From Sedimenticolaceae bacterium (lineage in GTDB: Bacteria > Pseudomonadota > Gammaproteobacteria > Chromatiales > Chromatiaceae): a DNA stretch of 64,000 bases. This document shows positions 30,470-39,935 of the stretch, piece after piece. The stretch's first letter is position 1. Every line of letters begins with the position of its first letter. Location: contig JBNKMS010000016.1 in NCBI GenBank assembly GCA_050293315.1, forward strand, positions 12-64,011, given 5' to 3'. Position numbers and translations under genes: made by a program. The notes under the pieces are model-generated. The model did not search any database, was not told where the DNA came from, and saw only the letters and a list, made by a program, of their open reading frames with translations.

Positions 30470-31114
30470 TTAAGGCTTGGATTGTGTCGGCGCAAGTTCT
30501 TCTGGCAGATCGTGGACACCTGGAACCACGGCCCCCATGGACATCAGCATCTTCAGACCGTCATCCACACTCATCTCCAGCTCGATCACATCCTCCCGCG
30601 GGACCATCACAAAATAGCCACCGGTAGGGTTAGGTGTGGTGGGGACGTAGATATTGACCACATCACGCCCAGTCTTCCGCTGCGCCTCGCCTACGCCGGT
30701 TCCAGTAAGAAAGGCTATCGTCCAGAGTCCGGGGCGAGGAAACTCCACCAGCACCACCTTACGAAAGGAGTTTCCTGCATCGGAGAACATGGTCTCTGCC
30801 AACTGCTTGGCACCGGAGTATACAGAGCGGACCAGGGGGATCCTGGCTAGCACCATCTCCCCGACCCTGACTAGTTTACGGCCAAAAAAGTTGGCCACCA
30901 GGACACCGGTAAGCAGCACTACGGCAAAGGAGAGCAGTACACCCAGGCCAGGTACAGAGAAACCGATGAGATTCTCCGGCCGGTAGGCCTCAGGGAGCAG
31001 CATAACGCTCCCATCGAGCCAACGGATCAGCATCCGCGCCACCAAGATAGTAATCCCCAGCGGCATCCAGACCAGGAGTCCAGCTATGAGATAGCGCCGC
31101 AGGTAGGACATCAT
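30470..31114 (-). CDS. DUF502-family membrane protein
   Basis: 214 aa with two N-terminal TM helices. [21 protein letters not shown] is a conserved DUF502 motif. It lies upstream of aspS. Confidence 0.7.
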   Translation of the reverse strand: MMSYLRRYLIAGLLVWMPLGITILVARMLIRWLDGSVMLLPEAYRPENLIGFSVPGLGVLLSFAVVLLTGVLVANFFGRKLVRVGEMVLARIPLVRSVYSGAKQLAETMFSDAGNSFRKVVLVEFPRPGLWTIAFLTGTGVGEAQRKTGRDVVNIYVPTTPNPTGGYFVMVPREDVIELEMSVDDGLKMLMSMGAVVPGVHDLPEELAPTQSKP

Positions 31115-31126
31115 GGCATCAGCCTC

Positions 31127-31390
31127 CTAATCACAGGAACAGCATTTACCACCGCTGCATGGTGGTGCCGACTCTTTACTGCCGGACTCATGCAGATTCT
31201 TTTTGCTACCCTGTTTAAAGTCGGTCTCATACCAACCACTCCCCTTCAACCGAAAGGCGGTCGCCGAGAGCAGCTTCTTCAACGCAGACTTGCCACACTC
31301 CGGACATTCAACCAAAGGAGCATCACTAACCTTCTGTATCGCCTCGAGTTTATGTCCACAGGAATCGCAGCTATATTCGTAAATTGGCAT
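31127..31390 (-). CDS. FmdB-family zinc-ribbon protein
   Basis: MPIYEYSCDSCGH...CPECG is the classic FmdB regulatory zinc ribbon. The start is set at Met31 of the tracked ORF. Confidence 0.8.
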   Translation of the reverse strand: MPIYEYSCDSCGHKLEAIQKVSDAPLVECPECGKSALKKLLSATAFRLKGSGWYETDFKQGSKKNLHESGSKESAPPCSGGKCCSCD

Positions 31391-31568
31391 CGATAAAACC
31401 CTCAAATCTAGATCAACCAATAAGGTCGGTACAAAGCATCCTGGGTATACCCACCACACTAACGCAGGCCGGAGCAACACGTATGAGTGTTGTATCCCTA
31501 GAATATTTGTACCCGGTTGAAATTTTTCAAGATTCTACCATAGGCCGTCGGCCATAACCCACTATCTT

Positions 31569-32189
31569 TCATCCTGCTGTACTACGCTCTTCCCTGAGTT
31601 GTTGCAACATTGCCGTCTGCCGCTGGACAATATGCCGCGCCAAGGCGTCGCGGTCACTTTCGCGCATATGAGTAAAGGCAATACGAATAAAATGGGAAAA
31701 CTCTGACTCCGCCGGCTCCAACCTATTGCAGCCGACCACCTCACCAAAGGCAAAAATACCGGTAAGTGAAGGGAATAGAAGCATCCTCAACTCCAGTATG
31801 GCGCCAACCTCCAGCTGCTCGGTACTCTTAAAGGCCATACCCGACACGCTCAGATTGACCGGCCGTGCCTGTTCCGCCTTGAGATTGGCATCACCAGATA
31901 CCAACGCTCTCCCCAGCAGCTCCATCTTCTGATCCAGGGATTTGAGATAACTTGCAATCTCGGGAGATTCTGCCTGGATCTTGTGCAAGATACCCATCAT
32001 CTGCTGACTGATAGAGGTGAGCCCGCTCATGATAGTAAAATTGGTATCCATCTCCCGATTCATCCGCTCTAGTCTTTGCGGCAATTCTGCGGCTGAAATC
32101 TCCTGATAACTCAGGCTCAGAAAATCCTCGATACGAAAAAAGTCTCTACGCTCGTCAACTACCGGTGTGTGAGAATCTTGATTACCCAT
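31569..32189 (-). CDS. PilZ-domain protein (putative c-di-GMP receptor)
   Basis: 206 aa. RRDFFR (RRxxxR) is at residues 14-19 and NLSVSG (D/NxSxxG) about 93 residues later. It starts 13 nt after the motB-like stop. Confidence 0.7.
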   Translation of the reverse strand: MGNQDSHTPVVDERRDFFRIEDFLSLSYQEISAAELPQRLERMNREMDTNFTIMSGLTSISQQMMGILHKIQAESPEIASYLKSLDQKMELLGRALVSGDANLKAEQARPVNLSVSGMAFKSTEQLEVGAILELRMLLFPSLTGIFAFGEVVGCNRLEPAESEFSHFIRIAFTHMRESDRDALARHIVQRQTAMLQQLREERSTAG

Positions 32190-32202
32190 GGCATATGGTT
32201 CC

Positions 32203-33306
32203 TTAATATTTTAGCTCTTCATCACTCTCTATATCATGTCCCCGGATCAGGATGAGCTCCACCCTTCTATTCTTGGCCCTATTATCATCTGAGTCATTTG
32301 GTACCAGCGGGTGGGAGTCAGCATGCCCCTCCACCAGGATATTCTCCGGGGAGATATCTGGATTCTGCAGCAGGGCGTGGACAACGGTAACTGCCCGCGC
32401 AGCGGAGAGATCCCAATTGGAGCGGTAACGGTAGTTAGATATCGGGACATCATCGGTATGCCCTGCCACTACCAGCTTGCCGGGCGTCCCTCCCAGAGCG
32501 GTACTTATACGGTCAATCACATCGAAGAACCCCGGGTTCAGGGTGGCGCGACCGGAGGGGAAAGAGCCCTTCTCCCGGATCCGCACAATTATCTTCGATG
32601 CCTCAGTCTCGACTGTAACCGTCCCCTCGGCAATCTCATTTGCTAACAAGACGTTTAGTTGGGCTGCTTGCTGCTGTAGCTCCCGGGCGATCTTGTTTGC
32701 CATGACCTCCTGCGCCAAGTCCTCATCGATATCCTCAAGTCCAATATCCCTGCTCTTGTCTTTATCTTTATCTTTGTCTTTATCCTTCTCCTTGTCTTTG
32801 TCTTTGTCCTTATCCTTCTCCTTGTCTTTGTCTTTGTCTTTGTCTTTGTCCTTCTCTTTGTCCTTCTCCTTCTCATTGTCCTTCTCTTTATCTTTCTCTT
32901 TGTCCTGCTCCTGATTCTGGATCTGTTCCTGTTTCTGGCTCTGCTCCTGCTCCTTCTCCTGCTCCTTCTGCTCATCTCTAACTGCATCCGGAATATCGAG
33001 CTTACTCTTATCTATATCGGTGGTCTTCTGTCTAACCTCATCAAGCAGAGAGGGTTCGGGAATCATGGATGGACTGAACTCCTGCTTGATGACACTGGTC
33101 CCCATTACAATCTCGTTAGCCGGGATCTTCTGCTGCACGCCAAAGGCATCTTGCATAGCCTCCGCCATCTTTTTGAAGCGGGTCGCATCCATGGTCGCAA
33201 AGGAGAGAAGCAGTACGAAAAAACAGAGAAGCAGGGACATTAGATCGGCAAAGGTGGCAAGCCATGGTGGCAGACCTACTGGACATTTTGGGCAATCTTG
33301 ATCCAT
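32203..33306 (-). CDS. motB: MotB/PomB-like stator protein with OmpA-like C-terminal domain and a long low-complexity linker
   Basis: 367 aa. The N-terminus is CPKCPVGLPPWLATFADLMSLLLCFFVLLL (conserved Asp in the TM). The C-terminus is OmpA-like (VAGHTDDVP...NRRVELIL). Residues 111-186 are an E/Q/K/D repeat. Confidence 0.85.
   Translation of the reverse strand: MDQDCPKCPVGLPPWLATFADLMSLLLCFFVLLLSFATMDATRFKKMAEAMQDAFGVQQKIPANEIVMGTSVIKQEFSPSMIPEPSLLDEVRQKTTDIDKSKLDIPDAVRDEQKEQEKEQEQSQKQEQIQNQEQDKEKDKEKDNEKEKDKEKDKDKDKDKDKEKDKDKDKDKEKDKDKDKDKDKSRDIGLEDIDEDLAQEVMANKIARELQQQAAQLNVLLANEIAEGTVTVETEASKIIVRIREKGSFPSGRATLNPGFFDVIDRISTALGGTPGKLVVAGHTDDVPISNYRYRSNWDLSAARAVTVVHALLQNPDISPENILVEGHADSHPLVPNDSDDNRAKNRRVELILIRGHDIESDEELKY
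32749..32976 (-). repeat. in-frame degenerate hexanucleotide/30-nt repeats encoding (E/D)K dipeptide runs
   Basis: The plus strand shows runs of gtcttt/gtcctt/atcctt/ctcctt. The unit ccttctccttgtctttgtctttgtcctta recurs. The translation is ...DKEKDKEKDNEKEKDKEKDKDKDKDKDKEKDKDKDKDKEKDKDKDKDKDKSRD. Confidence 0.9.
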
Positions 33307-33329
33307 AAACCTGTCCCGACGCTACCCCG

Positions 33330-34088
33330 TCACTCGTCATCACTCTTCCGCTGGTTGGCAGGCAGATAGGAGCTAAGCAGTTGTTCCAGTACCCGCGGAT
33401 TCATCCCCTCTTGGATACCGGATATGGTCTCAGTAATAAGTAACTTGCTGACCCTCTCCTGGGCGCTGGCCCGTGACAATTTCTCGGCCATAGGTGTTGC
33501 AAATGCGTTTGCGATAATCGCACCGTATAGGGTTGTCAGCAGGGCTATAGCCATAGCCGGGCCAATACTTGCGGGATCAGACATATTGGCCAGCATCTGC
33601 ACCAGACCCACCAGGGTACCGATCATCCCCATAGCCGGGGCAATAGTAGCCATGTTTCTGAACATGAGCTGCCCCATATCGTGGCGCTCTATGGTGAGAT
33701 TGATATCTCTGTTGAGCATCCGCTGTACCAGGGCCGGGTCATGACCATCCACACACAATGCGATCCCCATCTTCAGGAAATCGTTGCTTATATCCTGCCC
33801 CTCTAATGCCAGCAGGCCGTTCTTACGGGCTATGTCAGACAGCTGGACCGCCTCTTCGATCAACTGTTGGGCATCAGCGGTTTCATAAAAGAAGGCCTTG
33901 AAGCCGATACTGAAGGATTCAAAAAAATCCTTCAGTGACACCTCCATCAGGGTTACCATAAAGGTGCCGCCAACCACTATCAGGATGGAGGGGATATTGA
34001 CGAACAGCATGAAATCGCCACCAGAGGCGATGGCGCCGATGATTATACCGAATCCACCTAGTAATCCGATAAGCGTTGCAATATCCAC
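33330..34088 (-). CDS. motA: MotA/PomA-like stator protein
   Basis: The start is re-set to GTG 34088 (VDIATLIGLLGGFG matches the canonical MotA/PomA N-terminus), with AAGGAG 8 nt upstream. The tracked ORF carries a 37-codon extension. Four TM helices, and PAMGMIGTLVGLVQML. Confidence 0.85.
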   Translation of the reverse strand: MDIATLIGLLGGFGIIIGAIASGGDFMLFVNIPSILIVVGGTFMVTLMEVSLKDFFESFSIGFKAFFYETADAQQLIEEAVQLSDIARKNGLLALEGQDISNDFLKMGIALCVDGHDPALVQRMLNRDINLTIERHDMGQLMFRNMATIAPAMGMIGTLVGLVQMLANMSDPASIGPAMAIALLTTLYGAIIANAFATPMAEKLSRASAQERVSKLLITETISGIQEGMNPRVLEQLLSSYLPANQRKSDDE

Positions 34089-34222
34089 TAACAACCGCTC
34101 CTTACTTGACCATGCAGGATATATGTTTGCCCAAAACAGGCCACTGTAGATGGTAGCGGTCTGCCGGCTCAAAACTTTAATTCCGGTTTGCTGCTGCAAG
34201 CGGAGTAGGGAGGTACTTTCAA

Positions 34223-35059
34223 ATGACTGAGAATAAAGAGAAAACTATCCTGATTACCGGCTGTTCCAGCGGTATTGGGTTGCACACTGCTCGTGGGCTC
34301 CAGGCCCGTGGTTATTGGGTCTTTGCCTCCGCCAGAGACCCACAAGACGTGGCCAGACTGCAGCAGGAGGGGCTGCAGACCCTGCAGCTGGATCTGGATG
34401 ATAGCGACAGCATTGCAGCAGCGGTTGAGCAGCTCCTACACTCTACCGACGGGCGGCTCTACGCCCTGTTCAACAACGGTGCCTATGGCCAACCCGGGGC
34501 GGTCGAAGACCTGCCCACAGATGTATTGAGGGCCCAGTTTGAGACCAATCTGTTCGGGTGGCATGAGCTGACCCGTCGCATCCTGCCTGTGATGCGCAAA
34601 CAGGGAGAGGGCAGGATCATACAGAACAGCTCGGTTCTTGGATTCGTACCTCTGGCATTTCGCGGTGCCTATAACGCCAGCAAGTATGCGCTTGAGGGAC
34701 TAAGCGACACCCTGCGGCTGGAGCTACACGGCAGCAACATTTATGTCAGCCTGATAGAGCCTGGGCCCATCAGCAGCAATTTCCGTAAAAATGCCTACCT
34801 CAGGTGGAAACAGAATATCGATTACAGCGACAGTGTACATCGCGACTTCTACCGCGCGATGGAGCGACGACTCACTATGGATGGCCCTGCAGTACCTTTT
34901 ACTCTAACTCCGGAAGCGGTACTAAAGCGGGTAATCCACGCCCTGGAGAGTCGCCGACCAAAGGCCTATTACTGCGTCACCTTCCCTACCTACCTGTTTG
35001 CATTTTTACGTCGCATCCTGCCTGCACGGGCCCTGGATGCAGTGTTGCGCAGGGTGTAG
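34223..35059 (+). CDS. SDR-family oxidoreductase
   Basis: 278 aa with TGCSSGIG (TGxxxGIG), NNGA and YNASK catalytic motifs. Confidence 0.85.
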   Translation: MTENKEKTILITGCSSGIGLHTARGLQARGYWVFASARDPQDVARLQQEGLQTLQLDLDDSDSIAAAVEQLLHSTDGRLYALFNNGAYGQPGAVEDLPTDVLRAQFETNLFGWHELTRRILPVMRKQGEGRIIQNSSVLGFVPLAFRGAYNASKYALEGLSDTLRLELHGSNIYVSLIEPGPISSNFRKNAYLRWKQNIDYSDSVHRDFYRAMERRLTMDGPAVPFTLTPEAVLKRVIHALESRRPKAYYCVTFPTYLFAFLRRILPARALDAVLRRV

Positions 35060-35159
35060 GGTAGCCAACCGCCCAGAGGACCTAGCTTAGCATCTCCTAC
35101 AGATAACTGTTCATTCATCGAGTAACAAACGCAAAGCTTCCGCTCCATGCTCACGCCCC

Positions 35160-35262
35160 TCGCCTACATCCCTGTAGGCGAAGAACGCAAAGGTCGCAAA
35201 GAGCGCAAAGATAACTGCAGTAACGAATCTTTGCGTCCTCTGCGCCTTAGCGACCTCTGCGT
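35160..35262. repeat. nested inverted repeats built from CGCAAAG/CTTTGCG heptamers
   Basis: There is a hairpin TCGCCTACA-tccc-TGTAGGCGA (35160..35181). It is followed by AACGCAAAGGTCGCAAAGAGCGCAAAGAT, which faces ATCTTTGCGTCCTCTGCGCCTTAGCGACCTCTGCGTT, and the element ends in ATTTTT. Confidence 0.7.
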
Positions 35263-35346
35263 TATTTTTCCAGGGGTAAATTAGAACCGTAGAGCGAATT
35301 GGCGAGGAGGGGGAGTCAATATGGGGACACCTATGGAGATATCGTG

Positions 35347-36918
35347 CTACTGGGCAAAATAGTCCTGCAAAAACTGCTCAAACGGGAGCTCATCACTCTC
35401 CTCCATCTCCAGCTGCCTCTGGCGGGAACGCTCCGCCTCATTGGTAAACAGCTGCTCTCTGGAGGCATCCAACTTTAACCCTTCGAAGTGGTTCCTGTGC
35501 TGCAGCGACATCCTCTGTGCAAACTGGCAGAAGCCCTCGCCCCGCTCCCTCATTGCCGCCAACATGCGGGCCGACGGCGTCAATTCCGGGGCACGGATAA
35601 GCTCCAGCTGCCTGGCCAAAGAGGAGCTGTAGTCGGCCTGTTGGCGTGACCTATCGAGCTGCAGACAGATATCCTCCATCCCCACGCATATCTCCGCTGC
35701 CCAGGTCGCCAATGGGACCCCCTCACCCCGCCGTAACAGCTGCAGCTCTGGATCCCTTCCCCGGTGCGCGACCTGCTCCAGATTGCGATCAATATCATCC
35801 ATCTCCTGAGAACTGATCGGTGGGCTCTCCTGTAGTAGGCAAAAAAGCATTAGGGCCTCAAGAAAATCCACCTGCTCCCGGCTGATACCGAGCGGGTGAA
35901 ACACATCAAGATCCAGCGAGCGCAGCTCAATATATTGCACCCCTCTATGCTGCAGCGCCCTTATCGGCTTCTCCATGCGCTCTACAAGCTGTTTGGGACG
36001 GACTGTTGAGTAGTACTCGTTTTCGATCTGCAGGATATTGCCATTGAGTTGCTGATACTCTCCATCAACGACTACACCCAGCTGCTGCCATCTAGGACAA
36101 GGGGTCTCAATTGCGTGCGTCAGGCCGGCGATATAGGCATCAAGATTGTCATAACTGACATTGACCCCTACACCATGCTCCTGTCTATTGGTGTAGCCGA
36201 TGTCACCCATGCGTAGTGAGGTGGCAAAAGGCTCGTAATAGGTGGTGTCATCGAACTCCTGCAGGGTTGTCTCCGCTCCCCCAAGGAATGATTTGCACAC
36301 TGCCGGAGAGGCGCCAAACAGGTAGGGGATCAACCAGCCATAACGTTGCAGATTACGTATCAGCCCAAAATAGCGTTCGTCCATGAATGAACGCAGGTCA
36401 GACGCTCCGCCCTCAAGCTTGTGCAATAACTGCCACAGCGTAGACGGTGGTGAATAATTGAAATGCACCCCCGCTATAACCTGCATCGCCCGGCCATAAC
36501 GGTGACCGAGTCCACGCCTATAGACCGTCTTCATAACCCCGGCGTTGGAGCTGCCGTATTGGGCTATAGGGATATGCTCCGCCCCCTGCAGCAGACACGG
36601 CATACTGGTGGCCCAGAGTAGTTCACTCTCCAAGCGCGCATAGACAAACTTATGCGCATCATCGAGAAACCCTAACGCCTCCCCGCCGCTACTTAATGGT
36701 GGAGTAATGAGCTCTAACAACGCCTCTGAATAGTCGGTAGTTATGTAACGATTGGCCAGGGCTGAGCCAAGCGCTGCAGGGTGAGAGGTACAAGCGATGG
36801 TCCACTCTGGAGAGACGCGTAGACTCTCCTTCTCCAGACCGATAAAACCACCAACCAGAAGATTTGACTCGCCCGCATCAAGCAGACCGGACAGGCGCTG
36901 AGAGACAGAGATAGTCAA
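35347..36918 (-). CDS. gshA: glutamate--cysteine ligase
   Basis: 523 aa. The length and the N-terminal GLEKESLRV region match type-1 GshA. Confidence 0.88.
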   Translation of the reverse strand: MTISVSQRLSGLLDAGESNLLVGGFIGLEKESLRVSPEWTIACTSHPAALGSALANRYITTDYSEALLELITPPLSSGGEALGFLDDAHKFVYARLESELLWATSMPCLLQGAEHIPIAQYGSSNAGVMKTVYRRGLGHRYGRAMQVIAGVHFNYSPPSTLWQLLHKLEGGASDLRSFMDERYFGLIRNLQRYGWLIPYLFGASPAVCKSFLGGAETTLQEFDDTTYYEPFATSLRMGDIGYTNRQEHGVGVNVSYDNLDAYIAGLTHAIETPCPRWQQLGVVVDGEYQQLNGNILQIENEYYSTVRPKQLVERMEKPIRALQHRGVQYIELRSLDLDVFHPLGISREQVDFLEALMLFCLLQESPPISSQEMDDIDRNLEQVAHRGRDPELQLLRRGEGVPLATWAAEICVGMEDICLQLDRSRQQADYSSSLARQLELIRAPELTPSARMLAAMRERGEGFCQFAQRMSLQHRNHFEGLKLDASREQLFTNEAERSRQRQLEMEESDELPFEQFLQDYFAQ

Positions 36919-36939
36919 TTCAATCCATACCGCCGCAGA

Positions 36940-39027
36940 TCACTGCGCCATAGCCGCCTTCGGGCCGTTGTTGGCAATATACTCGCTAAGGATACGCGCT
37001 GCCTCATTCGAACCAATCCGCTTGATCGCCTTGATCTCCTCGTCACTGCTCATCTCTTCATCTTCAGATTCATCTTTGGATAGCAGCGGCAATCCTACAG
37101 AGGTGCGAAAATGGTTCTCCCTCTGTTTGCGGCTCTGCTCTTGTTGTTCCCACTCATCTCTGCGCTTGCTCTCTTGCAGTGATAATAGCTTACGCTCGCG
37201 AATCTCCTGCAATAACCGGCTCTCATCCTGCAAGTACTTAAACCCAGGATCGTTCTTTACCCGTCTTTCATGCGACAGCTGGAGGCTCTGCAACGACGGA
37301 TGTTTATACACAATATGCTTGGCTGCATCTATTTCGGCCCAGGGTAGAGCGTTATCAAGTGATCGTTCACCCTCATCATCAGCACTGGACATAGTTGGAA
37401 ATGTTACATCCGGCACTACCCCGCGAAACTGGGTGCTGCCGCCGTTGACGCGGAAGAACTGTGCCATGGTTATGCGCAGACGCCCCAAGCTGCTCTCTGG
37501 GTTATGTACAAAGCGGTCCAGCTCTATCAGGCTCTGCACGGTACCCTTACCAAAGGTTGGCTCACCTACGATGATGCCCCGACCATAATCCTGTATCGCC
37601 CCGGCGAAGATCTCGGATGCAGAGGCACTGTATCTATCCACCAGCACGGCCATCGGCCCAGCATAGACCTGAAGCGGGTCAGAATCATCCTCCACCACCA
37701 CATCACCATTGGAGCTGCGCACCTGCACTACCGGTCCGGAGGTAATAAACAGACCGGTCAATTCAGTAGCCTCAATCAGGGAGCCGCCGCCGTTTTGCCG
37801 CAGGTCGATAATTACCCCATCTACCCCTTTATCTGTAAGTTCCTGCAGCAGCTTACGGACATCACGCGTAGTACTGCGAAAATCCTTGTTGCCCTGCGCC
37901 TGACCCTGAAAATCACGATAAAAGGCCGGGATCTCAATCACCCCAATACGCAGCGACCCCATTCCATCCAGCCCTTCAATAATATATTCACTGGCCGCTT
38001 GATCCTCCAGCTTGATCTTCTTTCTGACCAAGGTAACTACCTTAGTTGGGCCATGAGTGCTGCCGGTATCCTTAGCCAGGACCTGCAGCCTTACAGTTGT
38101 GCCTTTGGGACCACGGATTAGATCTACTACATCCTGCAGCTGCCATCCGACTACGTCGACCATCTCTCCATCTTTGCCCTGGGCCACACCGGTTATGCGG
38201 TCTCCGGAATGGATCTCCCCGCTCTGCGCCGCCGGCCCACCGGGGATAGTCTTCTGTACCTCGGTATACTCATCCTCCATCTGCAGCTGGGCACCTATCC
38301 CCTCTAACGATAGACGCATGCTGATATCGAAATTCTCCGCCACATCCGGTGGCATATAGGAGGTATGTGGCTCAATGCTAAGTGTGTAGGCATCGATGAA
38401 GATGTGGTATATATCGCTGGAATCCATCTGCTTGGTACGGCGCATAATACCGCTGTAGCGTTTGCTCAGTGTCTTACGAATCTCATCCATCTTTTTATCG
38501 GTTAGACGCAGGCTTAGGACGTCATTTTTGACCCGTTTGCGCCATATCGTGTCCAGCTCTGCCTTGTCTTTTGCCCACGGTGCATCTTCCCTATCAAATA
38601 GATAGCTCTCATCCAGAGAGAAATCGAAATCCTGCTTTAACAACCCCAACGCATAGGCGATACGCTCCTCGACCCTCTGGCGAAACGTTCTGAATATAGC
38701 AAAAGGAGGATCCAACGAGGCCCAACGTAAAGAGTCATCAATACGCGTCTCATATTTACTAAAATCTGCGATATCTGCCTGGGTAAAATATCTCCTATTT
38801 GGATCCAACGTATCCAAAAAGCGCTTCAGAATCGCAGCTGACAGCGAGTTGTCCAGGGCATATCTTCTGTAGTGATACTTGCTGAGCACCTTATTTATAA
38901 TCAGGGTAGATTGCCGCTGCTCATGGGTCGGCTTTAGTTCTACCACAGGGACCTCTGTCGCCTTGGCCCACAGGGGTGCAACCCAGACCAGTAGCAACAA
39001 AATCAGTATTTGCTTCCCTCTATTCAT
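36940..39027 (-). CDS. prc: carboxy-terminal processing (tail-specific) protease
   Basis: 695 aa with a signal peptide, a PDZ region, and an S41 catalytic region (ASASEIFAGAIQDYGRG...GKGTVQ). Confidence 0.88.
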   Translation of the reverse strand: MNRGKQILILLLLVWVAPLWAKATEVPVVELKPTHEQRQSTLIINKVLSKYHYRRYALDNSLSAAILKRFLDTLDPNRRYFTQADIADFSKYETRIDDSLRWASLDPPFAIFRTFRQRVEERIAYALGLLKQDFDFSLDESYLFDREDAPWAKDKAELDTIWRKRVKNDVLSLRLTDKKMDEIRKTLSKRYSGIMRRTKQMDSSDIYHIFIDAYTLSIEPHTSYMPPDVAENFDISMRLSLEGIGAQLQMEDEYTEVQKTIPGGPAAQSGEIHSGDRITGVAQGKDGEMVDVVGWQLQDVVDLIRGPKGTTVRLQVLAKDTGSTHGPTKVVTLVRKKIKLEDQAASEYIIEGLDGMGSLRIGVIEIPAFYRDFQGQAQGNKDFRSTTRDVRKLLQELTDKGVDGVIIDLRQNGGGSLIEATELTGLFITSGPVVQVRSSNGDVVVEDDSDPLQVYAGPMAVLVDRYSASASEIFAGAIQDYGRGIIVGEPTFGKGTVQSLIELDRFVHNPESSLGRLRITMAQFFRVNGGSTQFRGVVPDVTFPTMSSADDEGERSLDNALPWAEIDAAKHIVYKHPSLQSLQLSHERRVKNDPGFKYLQDESRLLQEIRERKLLSLQESKRRDEWEQQEQSRKQRENHFRTSVGLPLLSKDESEDEEMSSDEEIKAIKRIGSNEAARILSEYIANNGPKAAMAQ

Positions 39028-39037
39028 TCAAGAACCT

Positions 39038-39916
39038 CTATATTGAACCAATATCCATCGGTTCAGACTGCAGTGACAATTCCGGGTGCAGACGCGCAGC
39101 CAACCCCGCGTGTTCCTGCCCCAAGTAACCGTGGCGTATCAGAAAATCAATCACCACCAGATTACAGTTTAGCTTGTACTCATTACTATGCTCTATTATC
39201 TCCATTACCTTTTCGACCGGCCACAGATAGAACTGTTCCACCTCACCATCTACACAAGATGGAACAAAATCGGCCGGTAACTCCAGATCATAACAGAAGA
39301 GGGTATCAGGCTTATAACCCTCCGCAGTTTCAGCATTGTAGGTGACCGCACCAGCCATCTCGGCCATACCCACCAAGTCCGCCGGAATAGAGGCCTCTTC
39401 CCAACACTCCTTTTGGAGATTCTGCTCCAGGCCAATCCCGTATGGAAGCCCGCCAGCAACAATATTATCCAACATCCCGGGATAATTCTTCCGATCCATG
39501 GAGCGCCTGGCCACCCAGATTCTGAGGCTATCCCCCTCTCGCACGTAGCCATTAACATGCTGACCAAAGGCACGTATTCCAAAATATGGCGCTGCTGTCC
39601 GATCAATCAATAGCAGCCCATCTTCGCGCCCCCCCGGGGTAGCCACATACTGCTCCCCGTGGAGATGAGAGATGACCCCTTGATCAACCAGTTGTGACAG
39701 TACCTCCGCCACTACCCGACTCCGCCCCTTTAGATCACATTCCTTTGTAACCAATTCGAGAGCATCGTCCTCCACCCGGAAGATATCGGGCCACTGCCGC
39801 AACTTTTGCGCGAAACGCGGACGTACCAGCCCTACTACCATGCCATCTATAAGGAAAGGTATAAAGTTAGAACGATTGAGGTTATTACAGGCCCGAATAT
39901 GCCGCAGAAAACTCAC
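39038..39916 (-). CDS. NUDIX hydrolase with N-terminal DUF4743-like domain
   Basis: 292 aa with a Nudix-box-like segment AGGLPYGIGLEQNLQKECWEEASI. Confidence 0.65.
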   Translation of the reverse strand: MSFLRHIRACNNLNRSNFIPFLIDGMVVGLVRPRFAQKLRQWPDIFRVEDDALELVTKECDLKGRSRVVAEVLSQLVDQGVISHLHGEQYVATPGGREDGLLLIDRTAAPYFGIRAFGQHVNGYVREGDSLRIWVARRSMDRKNYPGMLDNIVAGGLPYGIGLEQNLQKECWEEASIPADLVGMAEMAGAVTYNAETAEGYKPDTLFCYDLELPADFVPSCVDGEVEQFYLWPVEKVMEIIEHSNEYKLNCNLVVIDFLIRHGYLGQEHAGLAARLHPELSLQSEPMDIGSI

Positions 39917-39935
39917 TCTTGGGTATCTCCATTAC

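Noticed and set aside
30412-30519. N-terminal extensions of tracked ORFs: aspS here, and also 31391..31480 (FmdB), 34089..34199 (motA), 16893..16919 (REC-HDOD) and 2545..2592 (FadN-type).
   Set aside because: Canonical family N-termini with better-placed RBS, or stop/start coupling, occur at internal Met or Val codons. The extensions overlap upstream genes or intergenic signals.
32477-32987. SLSLSL-rich (+) and RRRTKTKT-rich (-) ORFs. I also considered a CRISPR or non-coding tandem repeat at the KD-repeat tract.
   Set aside because: The periodic DNA is in frame within the MotB homologue and is flanked by conserved MotB N- and C-terminal domains. There are no spacer-like unique segments. The other frames are shadows.
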